Of a DNA stretch of 64,000 bases, positions 39,907 to 51,994 are shown one piece after another. Position 1 is the stretch's first letter, and the number at the start of each line of letters is the position of its first letter. A program made the position numbers and the translations under genes. The notes beneath the pieces are model-generated. The model was not told the DNA's origin, made no database searches, and worked only from the letters and a program-made list of their open reading frames with translations. This stretch comes from Octopus sinensis. Its lineage: Eukaryota. The stretch covers positions 4,154,001-4,218,000 of the forward strand of contig NC_043014.1 in assembly GCF_006345805.1 (NCBI RefSeq), written 5' to 3'.

Positions 39907-39961
<55 letters not shown>

Positions 39962-40105
39962 ATGTATATGTTTGTTTGTCTGTGTTTGTCCCTCTAGCAT
40001 TGCTTCACAACAGATGCTGGTGTGTTTAAGTCCCAGGGTCTAGTTGTTCGACTAAAGGCGGTGCTCCAGCATGGCCGCAGTCAAATGATTGAAACAAGTA
40101 AAAGA
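39873..40105 (+). mobile_element. 5'-truncated octopus-type SINE abutting the rDNA block
   Basis: tggatttggtagacggaaactgaaagaag..ggtgctccagcatggccgcagtcaaatgattgaaacaag. Confidence 0.75.
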
Positions 40106-40384
40106 GTAAAAAAAAGAGTATATACTTATATATACATATATACGGGTGCGGGCGTATCGGTGTTTCCTCCAGCACCGTTTCACCATCGGTGTTGTTATGT
40201 TTACATCCCCGTAACTTAGTGGCCCTGCGTAAGAAAATGATACAGTAAATACCAGGCTTACAACGAAAATAGACCTTGAGGGAGTTTAGTTCCCTTAAAA
40301 ACTGGTCCAGGCGGCAGTCTAATGAATGAAACAGACAACAAAAAAATCTGTCTGCCTATGTATATATGTATATATGTATATATG

Positions 40385-40447
<63 letters not shown>

Positions 40448-41073
40448 TCATCTATCTATCAATACATATATATATATAAACACACACATGCATGAATGCA
40501 TGCATCCATGCATACATAAATATATATATTCATACATTCATACATACGAAGATACACACACATACATGTGCGTGTATATATGTATATATGCAAGTATTCA
40601 TCTATCTATTAATACACACACACACACATATACATATATACATGCATACATACATTTATACATTCATACATATAAAGATACACTCACACAAACATATGCT
40701 TGCACGTATGTACGTTTGTACATATGTATGTATGTATGTAAGTATATATGTATGTAAGTATATATGTGTGTGTGTATATATGTAAGTGTGAATGTGTCTA
40801 TAGATATTTACATGCTTACATTCATATACACATGCATAAAAACTTGTATGTATGAAAGTATGTATGTATATATGTGTGTGTGTATGTATGTGTGTGTATG
40901 TATGAACGTATATATGTGTGTGTGTATATATGTGTGGGTGGGTGGGAATTGATAGGTTTTGATTTTCATATTCACATAAAACTTTTCTAATCAGATTAAC
41001 GCTTCTTGTGAAGAATCCAAACCGAACATTAGACTTCATTAGATTAAGTCTTGCGATTACTGTGTATGTGTGC

Positions 41074-41126
<53 letters not shown>

Positions 41127-41231
41127 TGTGTGAGTATGTGTGTGTGTGAGTATGTGTGTGTGTGTGTATGTGTGTGTGTGTGTATGTGTGTGTGCGTCTG
41201 TGTATTTGTTGGTTGAACGAAATATTCTCAC

Positions 41232-41655
41232 TCTTTTACTCTTTACTCTTTTACTTGTTTCAGTCATTTGACAGCGGCCATGCTAGAGCACCGCTTTTAC
41301 TCGAGCATATCGACCCCGGGACTTATTCCTTGTAAGCCCTGTACTTATTCTATCGATCTCTTATTGCCGAACGGCTAAGTGACGGGGACGTAAACACACC
41401 AGCATCGGTTGTCAAGCGATGGTGGGGGGGACAAACATTGACACACAAACATATACCCACACATACATATATATATATACATATATACATATATTCGACA
41501 GGCTTCTTTCAGTTACCGTCTACCAACTCCACTCAAAAGTGATTGGTCGGCCCGAGGCTACAGCAGAAGACACATGCCCAAGATGCCGAGCAGTGAGACA
41601 GAACCCGGAACCATGTGGTTGGTAAGCAAGCTACTTACCACACAGCCACTCCTGA
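41232..41655 (-). mobile_element. Octopus-type SINE inserted upstream of copy D exon 1
   Basis: (ttactc)n tail; splits the sequence gaaatac..ctgaatattaaaac that is contiguous in copy B. Confidence 0.8.
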
Positions 41656-42039
41656 ATATTAAAACAGCTTCCCAAGAATAACAAAGAAAATTAAATAACA
41701 ACATTAGTAAATAAATATATCATAATATATCCAGAAACAGGAATCATTTCACTTTACACGTGTCTCTCATTCATCAAAATATTTTGCTAATTATTGTGTG
41801 ACAATATCAAACCATCTCTTTCCAATAATTAAACCTGTCAGACAAGTTCACACCCGCTTTTACAGTTCCACCAATCGCATTGGTTCATAAATTTACGATA
41901 AGATCTATGCCAGAGCTGGGTTGTTGCGCGCTCAATAAATACGTGGAATTCAGTTACAGGTCTTCAGCTTAAACCTCGCATCTCGATCTTTTGTTGAAGC
42001 CACACGAAGTATCACGTACGACCGACAACTTTCACCAGA

Positions 42040-42183
42040 ATGGATTTCGCACAACAGTTCAGGAATATTTCGCAGCGTTATTCCATTTCTTCTCTCATAA
42101 CTTTTGGGGTTCTTCTCGTTCTGACGATCGTCAATCTTCATCAAGATTCAAGAATAGGAAAAATGGAAGAGAAATCGAAAACG
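42040..42183 (+). CDS. Copy D exon 1
   Basis: 144 nt, ATG to acg|gtaagt. Contains I33N in the hydrophobic segment end. Confidence 0.75.
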
Positions 42184-42429
42184 GTAAGTCATGGATTTTG
42201 TATTAATATATTTATGTCTTTATGTATTTATATATGCATGTATGTATGTATGCATTTACGTATGTATGTATTAATATGTGGATGTATGTACGTACCGATG
42301 GATGGATGGATGGATGTAAGGATGTATGCATGAACCATGTACATATGTTCCTATACAGCACACACACACGTACGATCCATCACACACGTATACACATAAA
42401 ATAACACAGGCGCACACACCTAAACATAC

Positions 42430-42484
<55 letters not shown>

Positions 42485-42489
42485 GTTTA

Positions 42490-44885
42490 AATATTTGTTG
42501 TGCAAGATTTTTTACGTGAAGTCGTGTGTTGAAACAGATATTGTTATATTTCGGAATGGTCATATTGACATATTTGGTGTTATTTTGCTTCAGTGTTATT
42601 TATTTTTTACATTAATCTTAATCTTATTTCGGCCAGAGTTCTTTCGTCACACTCCTGTGACCGCATCAGTGGTCCTTTGATTTCTTCTTTCTTATTTGTG
42701 TCTCTCCTTACTAACCGTAAGCCTTTTTGTATTTCTATTGTATGTCTTCATTTGCGCATGCTTATATCTCTATGTGCGTCTATGTTTATATAGTGTGTGT
42801 ATGTGGGGGGATGCCTGTAATATTTCTATCTTCTGTTTATATACGTTCATGTAATTGGTATTTTGTTTCTGTTGTTGTTGTTTTTGTTTATTCTTATTTT
42901 GTTCATATGTTTACATCTACTTATTATTATCATTACATATGCTTGTATGTATGTATGTATGTATAACAACAATACTAGTAATAACAATAATAAATCGAAT
43001 TGAAAAAAAAATATATATATACATATATATACACACACATATATATACATATATATATATATATACATTTATATATATATATATATAGTTATTTATTTCT
43101 ATTTGTTTATTTATCTGTGTATTTATTATGTTTTCTGGATCCTCTATCGTCACATGTTGTGGTGTGTTAGTGCTCCATTCTAGTTTTCTATTCAGGCTAC
43201 GTTTATTTTCTATTATGTGTGTAGCTTCTGTAATTTGTCTAATTGTTGCATCTGTTCTATGTGTGGACAATATTTTAATTTGTATGTTATTGATTGATCC
43301 CCCGTGTTTCTGTTCGGCGTGTTGGTACAGAATCGATGAGCTTTTACCTTCCTTGAGTTGTCTCCAATGTCCATTTACCCGCTCTCCTATGCTTCTTGCC
43401 GTTTCCCCTACGTATGTCGTCTTGTTACTGCATCGTCCCTCTATACATCTTATACTATAGACTACATTCCTGGCTTTACAGTTTGTTTGTGGGCTAAATC
43501 TACATACAGTACAGTACTTATCCGTACTGGGGGTTCTACTAAAAGGATAGGTTCTACCAATTATAGATTTGATAGGGTTGCCTGGCTTTTCAACAACGTT
43601 AATTCTTAGCTTCAGTTTGTCTAGGGTCCTTCTAAAGCGGTACGCCAGTTCACCTCCAGGGGTGGTGTCAACGAACATGACACTCTGGTATTTATGGTTA
43701 TCATACCATAAGTTGGCCTTCCCTATTTTCTTTTTTGTCCTTTCTATAGTGTTCCATGACTTGTTCCTATAGAGTGGGCAAATACCATTCCTATCATTAC
43801 ATAATATATTATCAAATTTCTTCATGGCTCCTTTGTATACTCTGATCCTTTCTTTATGGATGTAACCTGAGAACTGCATGCGGTGAATGAAATATCGTAT
43901 GTGTTTCTTTAACTCTGTAGGCTCGCACATGCGTGACACATTTCTCATTATTCTGACGAGGTCTGCCATCAAAATATTGAATTTGGCATTGTCCGCAATG
44001 GCTGAGTTCCGGTGGATCAAGTATTTTGAGGCCATAGGTTTGGCATAGTATGAATGAAGGATTTGGGTTTTATTATTCACAATTTCTAGCCAGAGTTCAG
44101 TGTCTAGCACTGGTAGTCTATGGTTGGGGTGTTTAGTGGGGTAGTCTATTGTAACCTTAATACTCTGGAGGATGGAGTTATCTATTTGCTGGATACTCTC
44201 CATAGTATTAGTTTCTATTTCTCTTTCAAGAGTACTCTCTTGTGGGGGTGCCTTTACCACTATGTTGATATCATCAACATAGCGAGAGTACATGTTTACG
44301 AGTATGGAGTTCTGTGTTAGGCGTTCTTTAAGCCTTCTGTCCCACCATACCATGGAAAGGTTAGCCACATCACCAGCGATACTAACGCCGATAGCTGCCC
44401 CCTCGTCCTAGGCATATATTTTATTATTAAACTTAAACGTGTGGCCTTTTAGGGTAACTCTTATACTAGCTCCTAGTGCATGTGCGATCATTTTCTTTAC
44501 CTGATGGACATTTGCGGGGCTCCGTATGGCTCTGGTCCATCCGCGCCACCTTTCTATATGTGTCTTCCTAGCCATAGACGTAATTGTGGGCGGTCTACCT
44601 CTTAAACATCTACTGGGGCAGAAACTACTAAGATTATGCTTATCTAAGTATTCATTATTACATGTCAGTCTAAGTAGGAGGCCCAGTTCTTCTGTGTTGA
44701 CATTACGGAACTCCACCTGGCTCTCGTTGATCATCTCCACGCACTTCTCCACCGCAAAATCTACGTCGATCGATGGGTATAGGGATACCACATCCATGCT
44801 ACCCACCATACATCCTGTCAGGTCACAAGTGTTGTTACAGTCATTGATCCTGCTGAGGAGATCTTATGTGCTGTCACAAACATCA
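42490..44885 (-). mobile_element. Penelope-like element (RT + GIY-YIG), 5'-truncated, with stops; 3' pLTR relic
   Basis: VGSMDVVSLYPSI..KIYA*DEGAAIGVSIAGDVANL..YSRYVDDI..CTVC..NCKARNVVYSIRC..TYVGETARSIGERVNGH. Degenerate hammerhead at 42631-42675. Confidence 0.88.
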
Positions 44886-46560
44886 ATTTTATATTTACCT
44901 GGTAACTTCGAATTATCAATCGCTGATAACCCAGCCTCGGCCTGTTTCATAATTTCAATCCCACGACTTCTGTCTGACAATGTTCCAGCGTATACTCGTC
45001 CCAAGCTCTTGACGGGCTCTTCCTTGACTGTTGGAATGCTTTCTTCAGATATTCGAAACTTAAATTCTTTCTGCACTCCCTTAACAAATGTCAGACTACG
45101 CGACTTTTTTGCTCTAAATCGCATCCTTGACCACCTTACAAGTTCGTCTAATCTCAAGAGGGCATTCTGCATGATTTGTTTATCTGTAGCTAGAAGTGTC
45201 ACGTCATCCATGAAGGCTTTCTTAGGCGATTGTACATGGGCGATTTGTTCCGAAAAATCTACACCTTCCAAAATCAACTCCATGACTAAGATAAACCACG
45301 TGACAGATATCGTACAGCCAGCAGCAATGCCAACTTCCAATCGGTGCCAATTTGTTGTAAAATTTCCAGTCGTAAACCTCATTTCGAAACTGTCATAGTA
45401 CATCCTCATTATTTTGATCACTTTGTCAGGAATGTGGAAGTGGTCCATGGCTGTTATTAGTAATTTGTGTAAATATGCCACTGTTCTCCTCGACAGAATT
45501 CCCATAAAGATCTTGCCTTGTAGGTATCCTTGATATGAGCATCCAATTCTTCTTTAGTGCACGATAAAGTGCCACTCTTCGGTTCAGTGAATAGCTTCTT
45601 AGTAAACCCGTACGGGTCCTTCAGAAACTGCCCCCGAGTCCTTTTACTTTCTTTTCGACGCTCATATCGGCGGATATGTCGTTGCACATAACGACATTTC
45701 CTCTTCAAATCGTTATACAGCAGCGCAAGGCCAGGTTTCTCATCTAGTGCAGCACATCTCCATCGCTTTCTTAAGTCGGACTTTTCCTTCCTCAACTGCT
45801 GCATTTTTCTGATCCTCTGCTTGGTCCACACTTTCCTTTCTCTAGCCGGATATTCTCTTTTATTCCAAATAAATCTTTTCCTATATCGTATATTGAGCTT
45901 GATAATTTGCCCAGTTTCTCCACTGTAGAGCCTGTCATTTTATAAAGAGCCCGACAAACCTTGTTTTCAAACTCTTTATATTTCACTTTCTCATTAGCAG
46001 CAGGCCACAAAACCCTCGGTTTCCTCTGAGTATTATCCGATGCACCAGTTTCATGACTTGTAGTTTCATCACGCGAAGAGGTCTCTGCTGTAGCATTTAT
46101 CGATCCGCTGTGGTTTGAGTCCGGGGATGATTTGCCACGTGTTTTACGATCTGACGATCCACACTGCTCTGTCCTCTTCTCACAAGTCTTTCCCTGATGT
46201 ATCTTCAAGCCTCTCACAGTTGCAAAGGTTCTACAGCACAGCTTGCATCCAAAGTTGTTTGCATTTCGTTCGCTGTTCGAATGAATAACCGCACTCATTT
46301 CCAAGGTCATTTCCGTGCTGACTCGGTTTGATTGATTCTCAATTCTCCCCTCTCGGTCGATCGTGGGGCTGTCATATCCATTCATATCTGTTACAATATA
46401 TTACAAAGGCGAGGATCGTAAGTCCGCAGCCTCCACCAGTCTTTCCTGGTGTCGATAGTCTTTCCTATTGTCCGCTCGTCTTTCCGAGCAGTCCTCTTGT
46501 CTTTCCAAGATGCCTAACCGTCTTTCCGGTTTGTCAGTGGTTCCCTACCACAAGGTCTTA
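44886..46560 (-). mobile_element. HERO-like RLE LINE: 5' UTR, N-terminal zinc finger, RT; internally deleted, 3'-truncated
   Basis: CKLCCRTFATVRGLKIHQGKTC; PRVLWPAANE; FLKDPYGFTKKLF; GIAAGCTISV..KAFMDDVTL..KKSRSL..EEPVKSLGR..SKLPGKYKI. Confidence 0.8.
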
Positions 46561-46935
46561 GATGTCTTGCAAACAACTTGCACATGCAAGTGCTACCAGT
46601 TAAAAGCTCCGTATACCGGAAGCTAGCAAGTGTATGGGGTCATCAGGAGAGATTGCGCGCCGTTTCGGGGCCTACCTCTCGACGGCATCAATGCGCACCG
46701 GCCCGCCTCACTGATATGAGGCCCCGCTTGCTAGATCAGCTGGTTATGAAGAACTCAATATACTTCTAGCCATCGCTCATCGTCTCTTTTTAACCAAATC
46801 CAGTGGCTAGCCTTCTCCACTGTAGATTGGATATCAGTCATGATGGTATTGACTTTACGATGAGTTAGGCCTAGCGATAACAACAGTCGTCTCACGCTGT
46901 GTCCAACAAACCCTCTACATCCAATTTCTTTATTA
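46561..46935 (-). mobile_element. HERO-like LINE extreme C-terminus and 3' UTR
   Basis: EIGCRGFVGHSVRRLLLSLGL..VEKASHWIWLKRDDERW*, followed by a structured UTR. Confidence 0.75.
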
Positions 46936-47164
46936 GCCACATGGGCCCAAACATAGAGGGGGACAATACAGCCTGATTGGGGTCAGACACTCAATGATTA
47001 TATGACTTTTAAAATTTTACAAAATATAATGAAATCGAATGAAATCGAATGAGATACAAAAGGACGAAATACACACGTGAGATGAAGCAGAGAGATGGCT
47101 TACGCTCCGACCCCACGAGCCCCATTCTCCTACTGAAACATTTGTATGCAGACTTATGACATGT

Positions 47165-50100
47165 TCATGAGGAATCTTTCATTCCCAGCACCCTCGCAAC
47201 ATGCAACCATCTTTCTTTGAACATTTTCTTTGACAGGCATCTTCTTTCCAGCCTCACCTTCCTTTTAAGGAGGAAGATAAAATATCTCACCAACCCGAGA
47301 CCGGAGATGAGGTTGCCTGTCGCCAAACCTTTCATTCGCGACTTCCATACCACCTCTTTCGCTATTGCTACTACTGCGAGAAAACATTGCTTATCTTCTT
47401 TCGTGAGGAAATCCGGCGGGTCAATTTTTACAATTGACTCAGACGACAGCTGTACTCTTCCCGAACCTGACAGCAGATGTTCTGCATAAACCCACACTTC
47501 AGACACTCCCGAACACTGAACAATAGCGTGCAGGCCAGTTTCCCTATCCCGTCCGCATCTTGGACAGTCGGCAGTGGTGGTTCGACCGTGTCCTGCGAGC
47601 TTATCCCGAACGGGTAAGGCTCCTCGGTAACATTGCCAGGCCAGGGATTTTTGGAAATTATCCAAACACCCCGGCCCAAACGTCCTTCGGAACAGACTGT
47701 CTAACTGGTTATCTCCGAGACTTAGGGTTTCCTCTAGGGTATCGTCGTTCCCAGCCTCTACCAACCTGCTATAGAAAAATGTGGTGGTACCAAAACCGCT
47801 AGCATTACCCGAGCGATGGAACTGTAGGAGTGCTTTACGGCACTCCGTAAACCATGTACCCAACCTCGTTCTACGAAGGAACCAGCTTTCTTGTCCACTA
47901 AAACTTGTGAACCTGGGAAACATCCGTTTCGCGTGCGGAGACCACACCTGTTAACCATTCAGGAGTAGCCAGAGATACCTCAACCTCAGCGCATGTTTGC
48001 ACATCAACAGCCAAGGCATCCCCAGTCCTCCATTCAACGGCTTTTGGCAGCAGAGAACGCCTCACTAGAGGAGTGGTGCCCTTCCACAAAAAGCGGAAGA
48101 TCTGCTTCTCAACCACGAACCGGGACAGGGCACGACGGTTAGGCGGTAAATGATGACCGATGCGATACACTCCACCTCCGCCCTCCCTTTCAAGGATAGC
48201 CACCGCCAAGACCAGGTCTTGACTATGCAGGTCACCTTGCTCAATACCTCTGCCCAGTTCTTTTCTACCTGGAGGTCTGGTCCAAACCATACCCCTAACA
48301 GCTTAACCGGGCCCTCCGTCCAACGTCCCACGACGCTATCCAAAGGCATCGACTTTCCCTCCAGGTGCCGAGTTGCAAGCCGACTGACTTTTCCCGGTTA
48401 ATCTTTGCTCCTGCCACCGTCTCGTAAACCTTAATTGTTTCACTTACCCTCTGTAGGTGTTCCATCTTGGTTACAAGAATGGTGATGTCATCCGCATATG
48501 CTGAAACCGACTCTCCAACAGCCGGCCCCTCGGGATGCCGCTCAACTTTCGCAGTAACGGCTCTAGGCCATCACATACAAAAGTGGCGAAAGCGGACATC
48601 CTTGGCGAACCGAGCGCTTCATAGAGAACGGCCTAGAAAGAAATCCGTTCACCCGAACGATCGAATCGATGTTGTCGTATAATTGGATTATCCACCTAAA
48701 GAAGCCAAGACCCAGCCCGAACTGTGCTAGCACGGACACCAGGTATCGTTAGTCAACCCTACCGAATGCTTTTGACTGGTCTAAATGGACCAAAATCACT
48801 ACCAGAATCACTACCAAACCCTTCTAAGGTATAGCGTATAAGATGGAGATTGTCCTGAATGCTTCTGCCGGGGACGGCACAGGTTTTTGCCTTGCCGATC
48901 AGAGTATTCGCGACCCGCCCCAATCTTTTTGCTAGTACCTTGGCCAAAATCTTCACCTCTGCGTTTAACAGAGTGATGGGCCTAAAGTTGTCTATCTTAT
49001 CTCCCTTGTTTGGGTCCTTCCTGACCACAGTCACCACTCCCCTGCGTACAGATCTGGGAATCGACCCATTCTACTGCCAGTATCGTAAACCCCGGCCAGA
49101 ATTTTCCCATACAAGTCTGGCATACTTTTGTACATTTCATAAGGCAAACCACCAAGTCCCGGCGCCCTACCAGCTTTACAGTTCGTTATAGCCTCTCTCA
49201 CCTCCTGAGGTGTTATCGGACCCTCACAGCACTCAGCATCCTGCCCCGAGAGACGCGGCAGCCCGGCAAGGAAGTCCGAAAGGTCCAACCTACCATCCGA
49301 TCCATTGCCCCTCCCGAAAAGCTGTGCAAAGTGCTCCTGAAAAGCCTGACACATCTCATCGGGTTCGTTCACAATCTCGCCTTGTAGGTTCTCCACAGAT
49401 CGAATTGTGGAATCATTTCCACGTTGGGTTTCCATCACCCGAGCCCATCCAGCGGCATTGATCCCCTCACTCCCCATTGCACGAAGTCTAGCCCTGATAA
49501 TGCATCCCATGTGTTTGGCCTCGAGGTGCTGGTTTAATTCCAGTCTCTTAGCCTTCGCCTCAGCAGCACTACCAGTCAACCCTGCTTCCTCTAATTCCTT
49601 AACCAGTTCTAGTTCCCTCTTACGCTCTCTTGCCACTAAACCTATGCTATATCTAACAGACTCAAATTTAATGGCTCTTTTGAGGGCGTACCACCATTTA
49701 TTATTAATGATGGTACCAGTTAAAGCCCTCTGTATCAGTAACTTAATCCGGCTTCTGTACTCTTCGTTCGCCAAATGGGACTTATTGAGTTTCTAGTAAC
49801 CGGATCCTCTACTCTGTAACTTATCTAGGTTCAGCTTACAAGTGACCAATTTATGATCACTGTAGCTGACCAAGTGGAACTGTGGACACTTAGCTATGGA
49901 TCTATCTGTTTCTCTAATTAGAATCATCCTATCTATATAGGACTTAAAAGACCCGTCACCACTTAACCATGTCCACATTGGGGTGTTCGGGAATTCAAGT
50001 CTGTATGGATCTACTAGCTGAAAGCGACTTAGTAGATCCCGGAGACCGGCATTAGGTATTCTATTTTGGTTCGAGCCACCATTATCCACGCGCGCATCTT

Positions 50101-50530
50101 GAATAACATTAAAGTCCCCTAACAAAACTAATGGGTACTACGTACCAAGAAACTTCTCTAGGTCTCGGAAATACTCAGACTGACCATTGTAGGGGGCGTA
50201 AATTGCCACCAGTCTGATTTTCTTACCGCAACTTAAAGTCAGGTCGAAGACGACCAGCCTACCCTCTGGGTCACAAAAAATTAACTTCTTCTCTGAAACC
50301 CGGTTTCTTTTTAGTAGGACCAACACCCCCACACCCACCCGCCGGTGGACTGGAGAAATAAATTTCTCGTATCCGTCCAGGAGTGGGAGCAGTCCTCTTG
50401 ATCCCTTTAACCGGGTTTCAGTAGCAACAATGACATCCTAATTATGTGACATGACGTCGTTTAAGAAGCGACCTTGCTTCCATCCCGCCGTCAGGCCACG
50501 CACATTTAAACATCCAACGTGAACTGCCAT
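47165..50530 (-). pseudogene. L1/Tx1 ORF2 (APE endonuclease, RT), fragmented
   Basis: CLNVRGL; LVAIYAP; LGDFN; WTW..SYIDR; SDHK; NFRPITLLN; AYADDITIL; VKLLGVWFG; DCPRCGRDRETGLHAIVQC. Confidence 0.88.
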
Positions 50531-50869
50531 AAGTCTTACCTCAATTTCTTATGTCTTCGCTAAAAGGCGGAGGTGGGTCCGCCTCTTTTTCTTTTTCTCG
50601 GGCTCGTGGAGTCGTTTTAATTAAGCCAACATCACTCCGATGTCATTTGCTAGAACGTTGTAAGACGTTCTGTCTACGTGGTAGACTTCGAAACCGTCTT
50701 TAACGTTTTTGCATCCAGTTCTTTTTAGTTTTTTAATTTGTATTTGGCTCATTAATCTCGAGTTTGAGGTTCGAACCGCCATATATAGAACTTCTTTTTC
50801 TCGTATTTCTTTTGTTTTTGATTTTTTGGCTTTTTCATGCCTTCTTTGAGTTTGCATTTTTGCCAATGA

Positions 50870-51811
50870 TTTAACATTTCTCTTTAATTTCCTTTTGCTA
50901 CCAGCTCTCTTCCATTCCGTCTCTTCTTTATTTCCGCTCTCATTTTCTTCTTCTGTGCTTTCTTCTTCTGTTTTTCCATTCTCTGTAGTTTCATCTTCCG
51001 AGTCTTCTTCAATGTTGTTCTCTTTTTCTTTTTCTTCACCACTCAGGCATTCGGACCTAACATGGCTCTTCTATCCACATTTAAAACATCTGGGTTTTCT
51101 ACCTTCCACCATGACTACTAACTTCGTACCCATTGTATCTATGACCTCTGGAATTTTTTCTAGGGTCATAGGCTCTGCTTGGATCAGCATTTTTATTGTT
51201 TGGCCAAGCCAGACTTTGTCTTCTGTTACTTCCGCAGAAAGCAGTGTGATTTCTTCCTCTAGGTCATACAGTACTGCCGCTACTAGCCATTCGGCGTCCG
51301 CCTCCGGTGGTACACAGCTTATCTTTATTCGGGAGGTTCTCCTCCCCATATAAAATGGCAACAGTACTACCTCATCCGTTCGAAGAGGCTCCACAGAATA
51401 CTTTTGCGCCTGTTCCACTGTTGACATCCTCACTTCAACAGCTGCATATCTTTTTCCTCTGGCCAAATATGTGATGTTATTCCAAATTGGCCTTAAATAT
51501 TTTTCTACACTTCTGTCATTGACATAGTTAATTTTTTTCTGTTCAACATTATATGTTTTGAAAATTACAGTCCTTTCGAGTGCATCTTTAATGATGCTAT
51601 GAGGAGGGACCACCTTTATTTCGGTCCCTTCTTTTGTTAACAGCTCTCGGTTTGCCTTCAAATTGGTTGTATCAATTTTCCTTGAGTTTCCTCCGGCGGC
51701 AGCCGCAAAGCTCCTTATTGGCTCTTCTAATATCCTTCTGCTCACTACAGAATCCTTACTGGTACTTGGCACTGGAGATACACTCTCCCTACGCGCGACA
51801 GTACCTTCCAT
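50870..51811 (-). pseudogene. L1/Tx1 ORF1 (gag-like, zinc knuckle)
   Basis: ..LVVMVEGRKPRCFKCG*KSHVRSEC: CCHC knuckle interrupted by a stop. Confidence 0.75.
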
Positions 51812-51994
51812 TGTGTAAAAACACTAATAAATAAAGTAAAACGTTTCCCCGCAAGGGGGAATTAAAACAAATTTTGCTTCAAAACAAGCAATAAATAGTC
51901 CCTTTTTTCAAATTATAATAATCGAATTTAACTGTAACAGACATAAAATTTTAACATTGTACACTGCATAATAAGCGACATTATTAAGAAACAT

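Larger units (their letters stand above)
46990..51900 (-). mobile_element. Near full-length L1/Tx1-like LINE, disabled by stops and frameshifts
   Basis: ORF1 with CCHC knuckle followed by ORF2 with APE, RT and C-terminal Cys domain. Confidence 0.88.

Noticed and set aside
32348-40029. GC-rich ORFs of 100-300 aa
   Set aside because: They overlap rRNA genes and spacers; stop-poor because of high GC.
46434-46531. CRISPR-like repeat-spacer reading of the GTCTTTCC array
   Set aside because: The repeats are only 8 nt, the 'spacers' are self-complementary stems, and the context is eukaryotic with no cas genes.
46640-46700. Hammerhead (CUGAUGA and CGAAAC both present) or HDV-like fold in the HERO 3' UTR
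   Set aside because: Stem II and stem III of a hammerhead cannot form, and the HDV-like L3 and P2 do not match consensus. Reported only as structured RNA.
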